Positions 9,188-16,795 of a stretch of DNA of 64,000 nt are shown piece after piece (positions within the stretch are counted from its first letter, which is position 1; each line of letters opens with the position of its first letter). The position numbers and the translations under genes are program-made. This stretch comes from a virus (lineage: Duplodnaviria > Caudoviricetes): the IMG/VR virus record IMGVR_UViG_3300047539_000055. One strand, written 5' to 3'. The notes under the pieces are model-generated. The model saw only the letters and a program-made list of their open reading frames with translations, searched no databases and was not told where the DNA came from.

Positions 9188-9390
9188 TGACAGTCGGTGA
9201 TTATTTTGAATGTAAAACAATTGTTAATGATGGCTGTAAAAATATAACTAACGTTGGAACATTAGTAGGTATTTTTGGTGAAGGACTACTAATGATTCAG
9301 ACGGAAAAATTTTTACTTCATTTTGAAAAGAAAGATTGCCGCAAAATGTCCGATGGTGAAGCAATGCTTGCGAAATTGGAGAGTGAGTAA
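9187..9390 (+). CDS. Array B protein, tag SDGEAMLAKLE
   Basis: TVGDYF; tag. Confidence 0.75.
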   Translation: MTVGDYFECKTIVNDGCKNITNVGTLVGIFGEGLLMIQTEKFLLHFEKKDCRKMSDGEAMLAKLESE

Positions 9391-9614
9391 TGAAAATCGG
9401 TGATTATGTAATGGTTAGATTTTCAGCCATGGATATTTCTTTTGGTAAGATTATTGAGGTAGGATCGCGGAAGACAAGGATGGATAGTAGAAGTATTATT
9501 AGAGTTGAATTAATCAATGACCACGATGGCGTCGATCCAAGATATAAAGTACCACCTGAGTATCTAACAGTATTGACTGATGAAGAAGCGATGCTCAAGC
9601 GATTGGAGTATTAG
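9390..9614 (+). CDS. Array B protein, tag TDEEAMLKRLEY
   Basis: KIGDYV; tag. Confidence 0.8.
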   Translation: MKIGDYVMVRFSAMDISFGKIIEVGSRKTRMDSRSIIRVELINDHDGVDPRYKVPPEYLTVLTDEEAMLKRLEY

Positions 9615-9615
9615 A

Positions 9616-9822
9616 ATGAAAGTCGGTGATTTTGTAATAGTTAAGTTTCGACAAGATGATATTTGCTTTGCGAAAATTATTGAACTGAGTTCATCTCAAA
9701 ATATTCTGGTTAAATTAATTGGGGATGATCCAAAAAATTACGAATTAACGGTTGGACTAAGTATGGTAACAGTATTGACTGATGAAGAGGCGATGCTCAA
9801 GCGATTGGAGTATTCAGAATGA
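9616..9822 (+). CDS. Array B protein, tag TDEEAMLKRLEY
   Basis: KVGDFV; 3' end 47/48 nt identical to the previous gene. Confidence 0.8.
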   Translation: MKVGDFVIVKFRQDDICFAKIIELSSSQNILVKLIGDDPKNYELTVGLSMVTVLTDEEAMLKRLEYSE

Positions 9823-10055
9823 CCACTACACCAAAAATCGGTGATTATATCACGGCTGATATACCTGCTCATGGCAGTGTGAAAGCATTTCATATGTTTG
9901 GTCAATTGTCATCAATTTTGGATAAAAAAGAGTATATGTTCATATTTATCGTTACCGATTTTAAAAACCATGATCATCGAGTTGGTTTTTTAGAAAACGA
10001 ATTGATAATCCTTTCTGATGAACAGGCAATGTTACATATGTTGGAGGCCGAATAA
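9819..10055 (+). CDS. Array B protein, tag SDEQAMLHMLE
   Basis: KIGDYI; tag. Confidence 0.8.
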   Translation: MTTTPKIGDYITADIPAHGSVKAFHMFGQLSSILDKKEYMFIFIVTDFKNHDHRVGFLENELIILSDEQAMLHMLEAE

Positions 10056-10267
10056 TGAAAGTTGGTGATTATGTTATTACATATAGCCGTACTAATGATG
10101 ATATTGTCCATTTGGATCACATAGTTGCCTGTGGTGTTGCTACAGAGTTTGGTGCTGATACCACAGTAATTGTGAAGGATCGTTTTGGAAATAAAGATTG
10201 TGCTTATATCGACAGAGCCGAAAAAATTGATGAAGGTCGTTATATGTTATGGATGTTGGAGAACTAA
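10055..10267 (+). CDS. Array B protein, tag DEGRYMLWMLEN
   Basis: KVGDYV; tag. Confidence 0.8.
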   Translation: MKVGDYVITYSRTNDDIVHLDHIVACGVATEFGADTTVIVKDRFGNKDCAYIDRAEKIDEGRYMLWMLEN

Positions 10268-10527
10268 TGAAAGATGTAAACAATAACGAACTCCATGTTG
10301 GCGATTATGTCAAATTCAAGCACCCAAACGCAATTGACTTTACTATGAGTGCTAGAAACGGTATTATTATAAAAATTAACCAAAACCAAAACCTAATAGA
10401 AATTAACCAATACCTATCTGATGGTGTTGTAATTGATGAATATGGAGATGGAAAAATTTGGAAAATTCCATCAAACGTTCAGCTTATGACTGATGGTGAA
10501 ATAATGCTGTATATGTTGGAGAACTAA
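10267..10527 (+). CDS. Array B protein, tag TDGEIMLYMLEN
   Basis: KDVNNNELHVGDYV; tag. Confidence 0.8.
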   Translation: MKDVNNNELHVGDYVKFKHPNAIDFTMSARNGIIIKINQNQNLIEINQYLSDGVVIDEYGDGKIWKIPSNVQLMTDGEIMLYMLEN

Positions 10528-10730
10528 TGAAAAATACCTTACAAAACGGTGATTGGGCCAAATTTGAAGATTTGATGTTTGTAAAAGTGGTGCAGGTTAA
10601 CCTTAATAATGTCAAAATTTCTTATAAAGGCACTGAATATCTAATTCAAAAGGAGAAGCTTAAAAAAGCAACTGATGGCGATCTGATGTTGTGGAAACTT
10701 GAACATCCAGACGAGAAGATTGGAAGCTAA
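10527..10730 (+). CDS. Array B protein, tag TDGDLMLWKLE
   Basis: LQNGDWA; tag. Confidence 0.75.
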   Translation: MKNTLQNGDWAKFEDLMFVKVVQVNLNNVKISYKGTEYLIQKEKLKKATDGDLMLWKLEHPDEKIGS

Positions 10731-10731
10731 T

Positions 10732-10962
10732 ATGACAGACAAAAATGGAAGCAAACTTGAAATTGGCGATGTGATTTATTTTGCGTTCAAAAAATTATCA
10801 AAGGAAGTTTATATCATCAATAATATATCTCGGCAACCTACTTGGCAACCTATTGAATGGGCGGAAATTCGTAACAATCATTATGGTACAATGTGGCAAG
10901 CTGGCTGTGATATTGAAAAATTATCTGATGGGAAGGCAATGCTATGGATGTTGGAAAACTAA
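10732..10962 (+). CDS. Array B protein, tag SDGKAMLWMLEN
   Basis: DKNGSKLEIGDVI (YopX-like); tag. Confidence 0.8.
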   Translation: MTDKNGSKLEIGDVIYFAFKKLSKEVYIINNISRQPTWQPIEWAEIRNNHYGTMWQAGCDIEKLSDGKAMLWMLEN

Positions 10963-10973
10963 GGAGAATTGAA

Positions 10974-11186
10974 ATGAAAACTAAACTAAAAGTTGGCGAT
11001 TACATAAAAAATACTAATGCCGAAGGTAAAGTTATTGGCAAACTCGTAAACATCCACGAATTAGATGATGATGATACTGTTTACTGCCCGGCAGAATGCC
11101 AGACCGATAATTGGATGATATATCCGATTGAATTCGTAGAAAAGGCAACAGACGAAGAAGCAATGCTGTTTATGTTGGAAAACTAA
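10974..11186 (+). CDS. Array B protein, tag TDEEAMLFMLEN
   Basis: LKVGDYI; tag; AAGGAG SD. Confidence 0.8.
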   Translation: MKTKLKVGDYIKNTNAEGKVIGKLVNIHELDDDDTVYCPAECQTDNWMIYPIEFVEKATDEEAMLFMLEN

Positions 11187-11197
11187 AGGAGAACGAT

Positions 11198-11337
11198 ATG
11201 AAAAAGATTATTGGGAAAGATATCAACGGCGAAATCATTAGAGAAGGCGATTTTATGACTCATAAAACAAAAGGATTTGTTATATGGACAAGAAATCAAC
11301 AAGAGAAGCATATGTTTTATGGATGCTTGAAAACTAA
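11198..11337 (+). pseudogene. Decayed array B member (tag out of frame)
   Basis: KDINGEIIREGDF start; EAYVLWMLEN* reads in the -1 frame at 11305-11337. Confidence 0.6.
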
Positions 11338-11368
11338 CGCAATTCTAACCGAACTAAAGGAGACTGAA

Positions 11369-11701
11369 ATGAAAAAAAGAGCATTTGATCCGAACAAAGA
11401 TTTATATTGGCGTGATAAAGACACTGAAGAGGTTGTATATGTTGAGCAAGATGGAAAGTGGGTTCTTGCCCCGCACAAAGAAACCGACGAAGAGTTTGTC
11501 AAAAAACTATATCCCGAAGCAAGGCTGGAACTGGTTCATTATTTGCCTCCTGCCAGAGATAATTTTTATCAATATCAAATAAATCTTGAACCCGAAGCAC
11601 GAAAGCAAAATCATACAAGCAGGGGCAGACATCCGATCAAGGAATGGACTAAAGCCAGAAATAAGATTGACAGAGAAATTCGGAAAAAGTTTGAAAACTA
11701 A
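11369..11701 (+). CDS. Hypothetical protein ending REIRKKFEN
   Basis: Own AAGGAG SD and ATG 11369; the ORF track fuses it with the upstream relic. Confidence 0.7.
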   Translation: MKKRAFDPNKDLYWRDKDTEEVVYVEQDGKWVLAPHKETDEEFVKKLYPEARLELVHYLPPARDNFYQYQINLEPEARKQNHTSRGRHPIKEWTKARNKIDREIRKKFEN

Positions 11702-11732
11702 CGCAACAATAACCGAACTAAAAGGAGACAAT

Positions 11733-11954
11733 ATGAAGACGCAAAAGTTCAACAATTTTAGATATGTTCAAGAATTTTATTTTGATAAGGCTATAACCCT
11801 TGAAGAAATGAAAAAGCGATCCGCAGATTGGGAAGACGATTTATGGACGCCTTGGGCAGATAACAACATAAAAGGGGTGGAGATCACAGCGATGGCTTGG
11901 TTTGAAAGTGTAAAACCAGGCGAAGAACGAGCAAAAAATACAAAGGAGAACTAA
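11733..11954 (+). CDS. Hypothetical protein
   Basis: AAGGAG SD, ATG 11733. Confidence 0.65.
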   Translation: MKTQKFNNFRYVQEFYFDKAITLEEMKKRSADWEDDLWTPWADNNIKGVEITAMAWFESVKPGEERAKNTKEN

Positions 11955-11955
11955 A

Positions 11956-12168
11956 ATGAGTGATTGGGAAGAACGTAAGTCGTTATTGAAAATAATGCTT
12001 GCCGAAATTGAAGCCGATGAATTGGCAAAAAAGCCGAAGCGTGGCAGACCGCCATTATACACTAAAGATGAAATCAAGGAACGCGTTCGACAGCAACGCA
12101 AGAAGTGTTGGGATAAACACGCGAAACAATATTACGAGAATCGACGTAAGAAACTGAAGGAGGTCTAA
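11956..12168 (+). CDS. Small basic protein with AT-hook-like KRGRP motif
   Basis: KKPKRGRPPLY plus a basic helix. Confidence 0.6.
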   Translation: MSDWEERKSLLKIMLAEIEADELAKKPKRGRPPLYTKDEIKERVRQQRKKCWDKHAKQYYENRRKKLKEV

Positions 12169-12169
12169 A

Positions 12170-12466
12170 ATGGAAGTCCTGACTTGGATATGGGCAATGT
12201 TTTGGATATTTGTAGCAATACTGATTATACTGCTTATAGGATTGTCTATAGTATCCTACGCAATCAAGAAAATCAAAAAACCGCAACCGATAATCAAGAA
12301 AATCAAAAAACCGGTCAAAAAGCCGATCAAAATGAAGGAGGAAACGAGCGGGCTTGTTAGACTGCTCAAGATGATCGTAAAATTCGTATTGTGTTGGTGG
12401 TTGTTTTGTTTGTTGTTTTGGGGAATAGCAATTGTCCTGGTTGCGGCCTTCACTCTTATCAACTAA
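12170..12466 (+). CDS. Two-TM membrane protein
   Basis: Two hydrophobic helices with an IKKIKKP x2 linker. Confidence 0.65.
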   Translation: MEVLTWIWAMFWIFVAILIILLIGLSIVSYAIKKIKKPQPIIKKIKKPVKKPIKMKEETSGLVRLLKMIVKFVLCWWLFCLLFWGIAIVLVAAFTLIN

Positions 12467-12491
12467 ATCAAATATTTGGTGTAAAGAACCG

Positions 12492-12680
12492 ATGGAAAAC
12501 AATTTTGACAAGAAAGGAGTGGGTATTTTTAAAAAAGGTTATGAAAATAGTTCGCACGTTTTCATAGCAGTGGTGGACTTAATTTGGCCAGAGCGTGTTT
12601 CTGATTATGGAAAATATTCACAAAACATTCGTTGTATGACAGATGGTGAAGAAATGTTATGGATGCTGGAGAACAAATGA
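12492..12680 (+). CDS. Array B-type protein, tag TDGEEMLWMLEN
   Basis: Tag present; N-terminal GD motif missing. Confidence 0.6.
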   Translation: MENNFDKKGVGIFKKGYENSSHVFIAVVDLIWPERVSDYGKYSQNIRCMTDGEEMLWMLENK

Positions 12681-12922
12681 AAGACATAAATGACACTCCG
12701 TTAAAAATTGGAGATTATGTTGAATTTCGAACAAGCGGTGCATTATATTCAGTTTTTGCTACACCATTTGATAAATTTGGTATTATTGAAGAAGATGTCG
12801 GGAGCATGATTAGAAGTAGATATATTGTTAATGGTGTCAGTCGTACTCAAGCAAAATATCCTGGAAATTTGCGTAAATTAACTGACATTAGCAAAATTAT
12901 GTTGCTCATACTGGAGAACTAA
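12677..12922 (+). CDS. Array B protein, tag SKIMLLILEN
   Basis: KDINDTPLKIGDYV. Confidence 0.8.
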   Translation: MKDINDTPLKIGDYVEFRTSGALYSVFATPFDKFGIIEEDVGSMIRSRYIVNGVSRTQAKYPGNLRKLTDISKIMLLILEN

Positions 12923-13170
12923 TGAACGATTTTTATTTTGATGTAAATGGAAATGAAATTGTATTTGGCGATCTTGTTTGGTTTCAAGATAGTACAAATT
13001 TTCATGCCGTTGGAAAATTTGAAAGTAAATGTAAATGTGAAGCGTATACGGATGAAGAGCGTGCCTGGTTTCATATATCTTTTACTAACGCGACAACACA
13101 GCATAGAACATTGGAAGGAATAAAACGAATCCCTGATACACATTTGATGTTGATAAAATTTGAAAGCTAA
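12922..13170 (+). CDS. Array B protein, tag THLMLIKFES
   Basis: DVNGNEIVFGDLV. Confidence 0.75.
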   Translation: MNDFYFDVNGNEIVFGDLVWFQDSTNFHAVGKFESKCKCEAYTDEERAWFHISFTNATTQHRTLEGIKRIPDTHLMLIKFES

Positions 13171-13171
13171 T

Positions 13172-13393
13172 ATGAGCCAAATACTAAAAGTCGGGGACTA
13201 TGTAAGATACGATGCCAGCAATGGTACGTTACCACCATTGATTGGTAAAATAGTTGCGCGAGATGAAAGAAAGCATTATTGGAATGTACGTTACCACCTT
13301 GATATACTTCCATCACAAAGTAAATATCTTACTAAAATGAGCAACGAAGACGCGATGCTGTATATTTTGGAAAATAATGGAACAAAAATTTAA
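13172..13393 (+). CDS. Array B protein, tag SNEDAMLYILEN
   Basis: LKVGDYV. Confidence 0.8.
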   Translation: MSQILKVGDYVRYDASNGTLPPLIGKIVARDERKHYWNVRYHLDILPSQSKYLTKMSNEDAMLYILENNGTKI

Positions 13394-13607
13394 AGTCGGT
13401 GATTATGTAAAATACGGTGTCCGTGATGGAAAGGGATATAGCGCTCTGGCTAAAATTGTTTGTAAAGATGATGAAATTTTTTCAGGCTGGCAGACTTGGA
13501 GAATATCATTTGTTACTGATGCTAATGATGTTTCCTATCCAACATCAGAAACATATATTACTAAACTTTCAGATGATGAAGCAATGATATGGATGTTGGA
13601 GCTATAA
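13377..13607 (+). CDS. Array B protein, tag SDDEAMIWMLEL
   Basis: FKVGDYV. Confidence 0.8.
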   Translation: MEQKFKVGDYVKYGVRDGKGYSALAKIVCKDDEIFSGWQTWRISFVTDANDVSYPTSETYITKLSDDEAMIWMLEL

Positions 13608-13840
13608 TGGAAAACTTCAAAGCCGGAGACTTCGCAAAATTTGATTGTACTGATGGAAGGTCACCCGGATTTCTTGTTAAAATTCTTAGTAAGGATCGTG
13701 TAGATAATATGATGTATGATGCATGGAAGGTAAAATATAAAGGGCGAGAGTATGGTTACATAATGGAAAAACATCTTACCAAAATGACAGACGAAGAAGC
13801 AATGTTGATGATGTTTGAGGAGCAATATGAAAGTCGGTGA
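13607..13840 (+). CDS. Array B protein, tag TDEEAMLMMFEE
   Basis: FKAGDFA. Confidence 0.8.
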   Translation: MENFKAGDFAKFDCTDGRSPGFLVKILSKDRVDNMMYDAWKVKYKGREYGYIMEKHLTKMTDEEAMLMMFEEQYESR

Positions 13841-14021
13841 TTTTGTCAAATATGATGTCAAGGGTACTATGGTGCATGTTGGTAGATTGATTGAATACAA
13901 ACCAACAGTGAATTATTGGATGGTATTTTATTTTCAGCCACAATGCATTCTTCCATCACTGCCTGAATTCCTTACTAAAATGAGCGATGAAGAAGCCATG
14001 TTGTATATGTTTGAAAAATAA
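13827..14021 (+). CDS. Array B protein, tag SDEEAMLYMFEK
   Basis: MKVGDFV. Confidence 0.8.
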   Translation: MKVGDFVKYDVKGTMVHVGRLIEYKPTVNYWMVFYFQPQCILPSLPEFLTKMSDEEAMLYMFEK

Positions 14022-14036
14022 GGACTTAGAATAATC

Positions 14037-14085
14037 TTGACTTTTGGGCATAAATTTGGTATACTGTATTTGTAGTCGAGAGGGA
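14037..14085 (+). promoter_or_regulatory. Early promoter cassette copy 2 plus SD
   Basis: TTGACT-N17-TATACT-GTATTTGTAGT-CGAGAGGG. Confidence 0.85.
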
Positions 14086-14088
14086 ACA

Positions 14089-14484
14089 ATGAGTACTCGT
14101 AGCGCAATTCTTGAAAAGACGGATTCTGGTTATCGTGGAATCTATTGTCATTCAGATGGTTATGTTACAGGTGTCGGCAAAATGCTTGTCGAAAATTTTA
14201 CTGACCCTGCAAAGGTATCTGCGCTTATTGATCTTGGTGATATTAGTTATCTTGAGGAAAATCTTGTTCCGACAGAATTTCATTCATTTGACAAGCCACA
14301 AGAAGGCGTTGTCGTAGCTTATGGCCGTGATCGTGGTGAAACAGGCACGAAAGCGGTTCGAGGAAAAACCATCAAAGCAGTTGCGAAAAAGATTGATCAC
14401 GCATATTTGTATGTTTTTGAGGATGGTCATTGGTCGGTAGACGGGAAATCAATAGATGCCCTGCTACTTAAGTTGGAGTCATGA
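14089..14484 (+). CDS. Conserved phage early protein (IYCHxDGY family), ends DALLLKLES
   Basis: MSTRSAI...IYCHSDGY...AYGRDRGE...YLYVF pattern recalled as common in large phages. Confidence 0.75.
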   Translation: MSTRSAILEKTDSGYRGIYCHSDGYVTGVGKMLVENFTDPAKVSALIDLGDISYLEENLVPTEFHSFDKPQEGVVVAYGRDRGETGTKAVRGKTIKAVAKKIDHAYLYVFEDGHWSVDGKSIDALLLKLES

Positions 14485-14650
14485 TGTTGATTGTTATGCT
14501 CATATGTGCTGGATTATTGATTTGGTCAGTTATCCATGAAATTCGTGACATACGCAAAAAGGAATTCCTCGCAAAGTTAATGGATTGCGAATATGTCCAA
14601 ATTGGGTATGGAGATTATTTCATACCCAAAAATTGAAAAGGAGAATCAAA

Positions 14651-15022
14651 ATGGCATTGGAAAATTTAGGTAGTTTCACAGGTTCAGAAAATTTTCACCG
14701 CAATGGAATGAATCGCAGGTTCATTTATACCGATGGCGCTAAGTATGTTGCCGATGAAGCTGGTGCATATTGGCTCATTGATGATATCGCGATTGCGAAC
14801 GCATTTGACCAGAATCTAAAGGGCGAAGAGTTTCAGACTTGGACTCTCACGAAGACAGGAAACTCCGCGACCCTTATTGCCACTGACGGCAATGATAGGG
14901 TTTTGTATTCCAAGGGAATTGAGTACACTGATTTTCCGTTGGAATCCATCAAGTTTTATGTGGTTTCCGCCGAAGATTTTGGTGTGAACCATTTGATGCT
15001 GATGTTGCCTAGCGAATACTAA
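14651..15022 (+). CDS. DUF6876-like protein
   Basis: FTGSE...TDGAKYVA..AGAYWLID.IA...EFQ.W.L...DGN...I.YTDFP...MLPSEY pattern (recalled). Confidence 0.7.
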   Translation: MALENLGSFTGSENFHRNGMNRRFIYTDGAKYVADEAGAYWLIDDIAIANAFDQNLKGEEFQTWTLTKTGNSATLIATDGNDRVLYSKGIEYTDFPLESIKFYVVSAEDFGVNHLMLMLPSEY

Positions 15023-15023
15023 A

Positions 15024-15242
15024 ATGACAGAAACCAGAAAAATCCCGAACAAAAAGCCTCTTCGTGAATTGGTAGCTCGTGCTATATATGCAAGTCAAGG
15101 GTGTCCTATTGATTCCGCTGGTGTGTGGTATGAAATCGTCAATGACAAGAAAGTAGTTATGGACGGCTTTGAAAAGTGGTATGTAATGGCCGACGCTGCG
15201 ATCAAGGCAGTCAGAAAGTACAATAGAAAGCGTGGCAGATAA
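15024..15242 (+). CDS. Hypothetical protein
   Basis: ORF, tight packing. Confidence 0.55.
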   Translation: MTETRKIPNKKPLRELVARAIYASQGCPIDSAGVWYEIVNDKKVVMDGFEKWYVMADAAIKAVRKYNRKRGR

Positions 15243-15327
15243 TGTTTGATCATCGTTATCATCTTGCCTTGGATAAGGTATTTCCGATTCTGAACCAGGT
15301 TCCAGAACCGCCAAAGGAATTGAGATA

Positions 15328-15528
15328 ATGACAGCCCATTTTAGTTTTGAAGCCACAATAGGATTTCGTAAAGAGATAAGGGATTTTCTATTGCGATGCA
15401 AGATGAAAAATCCCTTGATTACTTTTGACGAATCAAAGGGTTTTTTAGTAAATACATTTTTTGTATGCGGTCCTGAAAAAGAGATACAGAACATTTATGA
15501 CGTTCTTGATGGATGGAACAAAAATTGA
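15328..15528 (+). CDS. Hypothetical protein
   Basis: ORF. Confidence 0.5.
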   Translation: MTAHFSFEATIGFRKEIRDFLLRCKMKNPLITFDESKGFLVNTFFVCGPEKEIQNIYDVLDGWNKN

Positions 15529-15670
15529 GACGTGCCAACATCATTGGCTAGTCGGAAGTCTAAACCGATAAAGAGAAGCGAGAGTGATACTCGTAAAACA
15601 CGGACGCTGGAGAACAGGGTGGAATTTCGGGGGAGCCAACTGCTATGATCCTGCCCACCCTGCCAGAGAA
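15529..15670 (+). ncRNA. Candidate structured non-coding RNA (family unassigned)
   Basis: GC-richer ORF-free gap with a multi-stem junction and a long CAGGGTGG/CCACCCTG stem. Confidence 0.5.
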
Positions 15671-15680
15671 AAGATGAATT

Positions 15681-15884
15681 ATGACTGACAAAACATTAAA
15701 AACAGGAGATATGGTTAAGATTACATTTGTCCACGGTCCTCCCCCTAGACTTGGGTGTGTTAAAGACGTTTATTCAGATACAATCATTGTAAGTTTTGAA
15801 GGTCATGGAAGTTATGGATATTTTCCTAGTATGGTTAGAAAAGTATCTGATGAAGAGGCAATGTTGATGATGTTTGAGCGATAA
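15681..15884 (+). CDS. Array B protein, tag SDEEAMLMMFER
   Basis: LKTGDMV. Confidence 0.8.
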   Translation: MTDKTLKTGDMVKITFVHGPPPRLGCVKDVYSDTIIVSFEGHGSYGYFPSMVRKVSDEEAMLMMFER

Positions 15885-15885
15885 T

Positions 15886-16089
15886 ATGAAAAACAAAATG
15901 TTTGGAATAGGCGATATTGTTAGTGTTTCTTTTAGTCAAGTTCCTCGGCAGATTGGATGTATTTTGTATGTTGATAATCACGTAATCACTGTACGTTTTG
16001 GGGATAAAAGAACCGCTCCCTGTTTTCCTAATATGATTAGAAACGTTTCTGATGAAGTAGCAATGTTGTGGATGTTGGAGAACGCATAA
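15886..16089 (+). CDS. Array B protein, tag SDEVAMLWMLEN
   Basis: FGIGDIV. Confidence 0.8.
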   Translation: MKNKMFGIGDIVSVSFSQVPRQIGCILYVDNHVITVRFGDKRTAPCFPNMIRNVSDEVAMLWMLENA

Positions 16090-16404
16090 TGACGCTCAAT
16101 AGTATGATAAGCATATTTCTTTACAGGTTTGCTGGAATATTTTGGTATATTTTACCGCGCACTTGGTTTGATAGCATTACATATCCAATTGATCGTTTAC
16201 GATGGTGGTTTGAAGATCATTTACCGAAGGAGAAGGAATGACGAGTGTAATGAGAACTATCAAATTGAAAGAAAACCTGGTAACTTTTATAGAACGTGAA
16301 CCTGATGTGCGTCCACACGAGCAAGCATGGAGCGAAGATTTTCCAAACGCATACGATCACAATGCAAAATATTTTGGGTGGTTTGTCAAAACGTTGGGTG
16401 CATA

Positions 16405-16674
16405 ATGAAAATTGAAATTGGCGACTATGTAAAAATCGTTGCATGTGTAACTTCTGTTAGCGCATACGAGCAAGACGGCGAACCTGAATATGTTCGCGTT
16501 CGCGTTGCTTACACTTCAATTTATGACGTTCCAATGAGTAGTATTGTTGAAAAACTTTCTGATGAAGAGGCGTTTCTTTTGAAATTGGAGGAACCTGTTC
16601 GACAGTCAGGTACTCATAGTGGGGCATCTAGCGGTCCATCGCTATCTCACCATCGCAAATGGCGTCATTACTGA
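16405..16674 (+). CDS. Array B protein, tag SDEEAFLLKLEE plus extension
   Basis: MKIEIGDYV. Confidence 0.7.
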   Translation: MKIEIGDYVKIVACVTSVSAYEQDGEPEYVRVRVAYTSIYDVPMSSIVEKLSDEEAFLLKLEEPVRQSGTHSGASSGPSLSHHRKWRHY

Positions 16675-16737
16675 TAAAGAAGCCATAAATTGCTAGCAAG
16701 TCCTTTGTTTTCATAGCCATAATAACTAATTTTTTGG

Positions 16738-16788
16738 TTGACTTTTGCCTGTGAATTTGGTATACTATATTTGTAGTCAAGAGAGGGT
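16738..16788 (+). promoter_or_regulatory. Early promoter cassette copy 3 plus SD
   Basis: TTGACT-N17-TATACT-ATATTTGTAGT-CAAGAGAGGG. Confidence 0.85.
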
Positions 16789-16795
16789 AAATCAA

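Noticed and set aside
15529-15670. tRNA, SAM-I, cobalamin or c-di-GMP riboswitch identity for the structured gap
   Set aside because: Only fragmentary word matches; no T-loop/anticodon geometry or complete consensus. Left unassigned.
9187-16674. Diversity-generating retroelement behind array variability
   Set aside because: No reverse transcriptase in the window and no template/variable repeat pair differing only at adenines.
4497-16745. ORF-track upstream starts (e.g. MGM, MDVG, 5637, 5869, 6320, 14044, 16745)
   Set aside because: They arise from alternative-frame reading of the previous tag or from promoter sequence; starts were reassigned to the SD-supported or coupled ATG.
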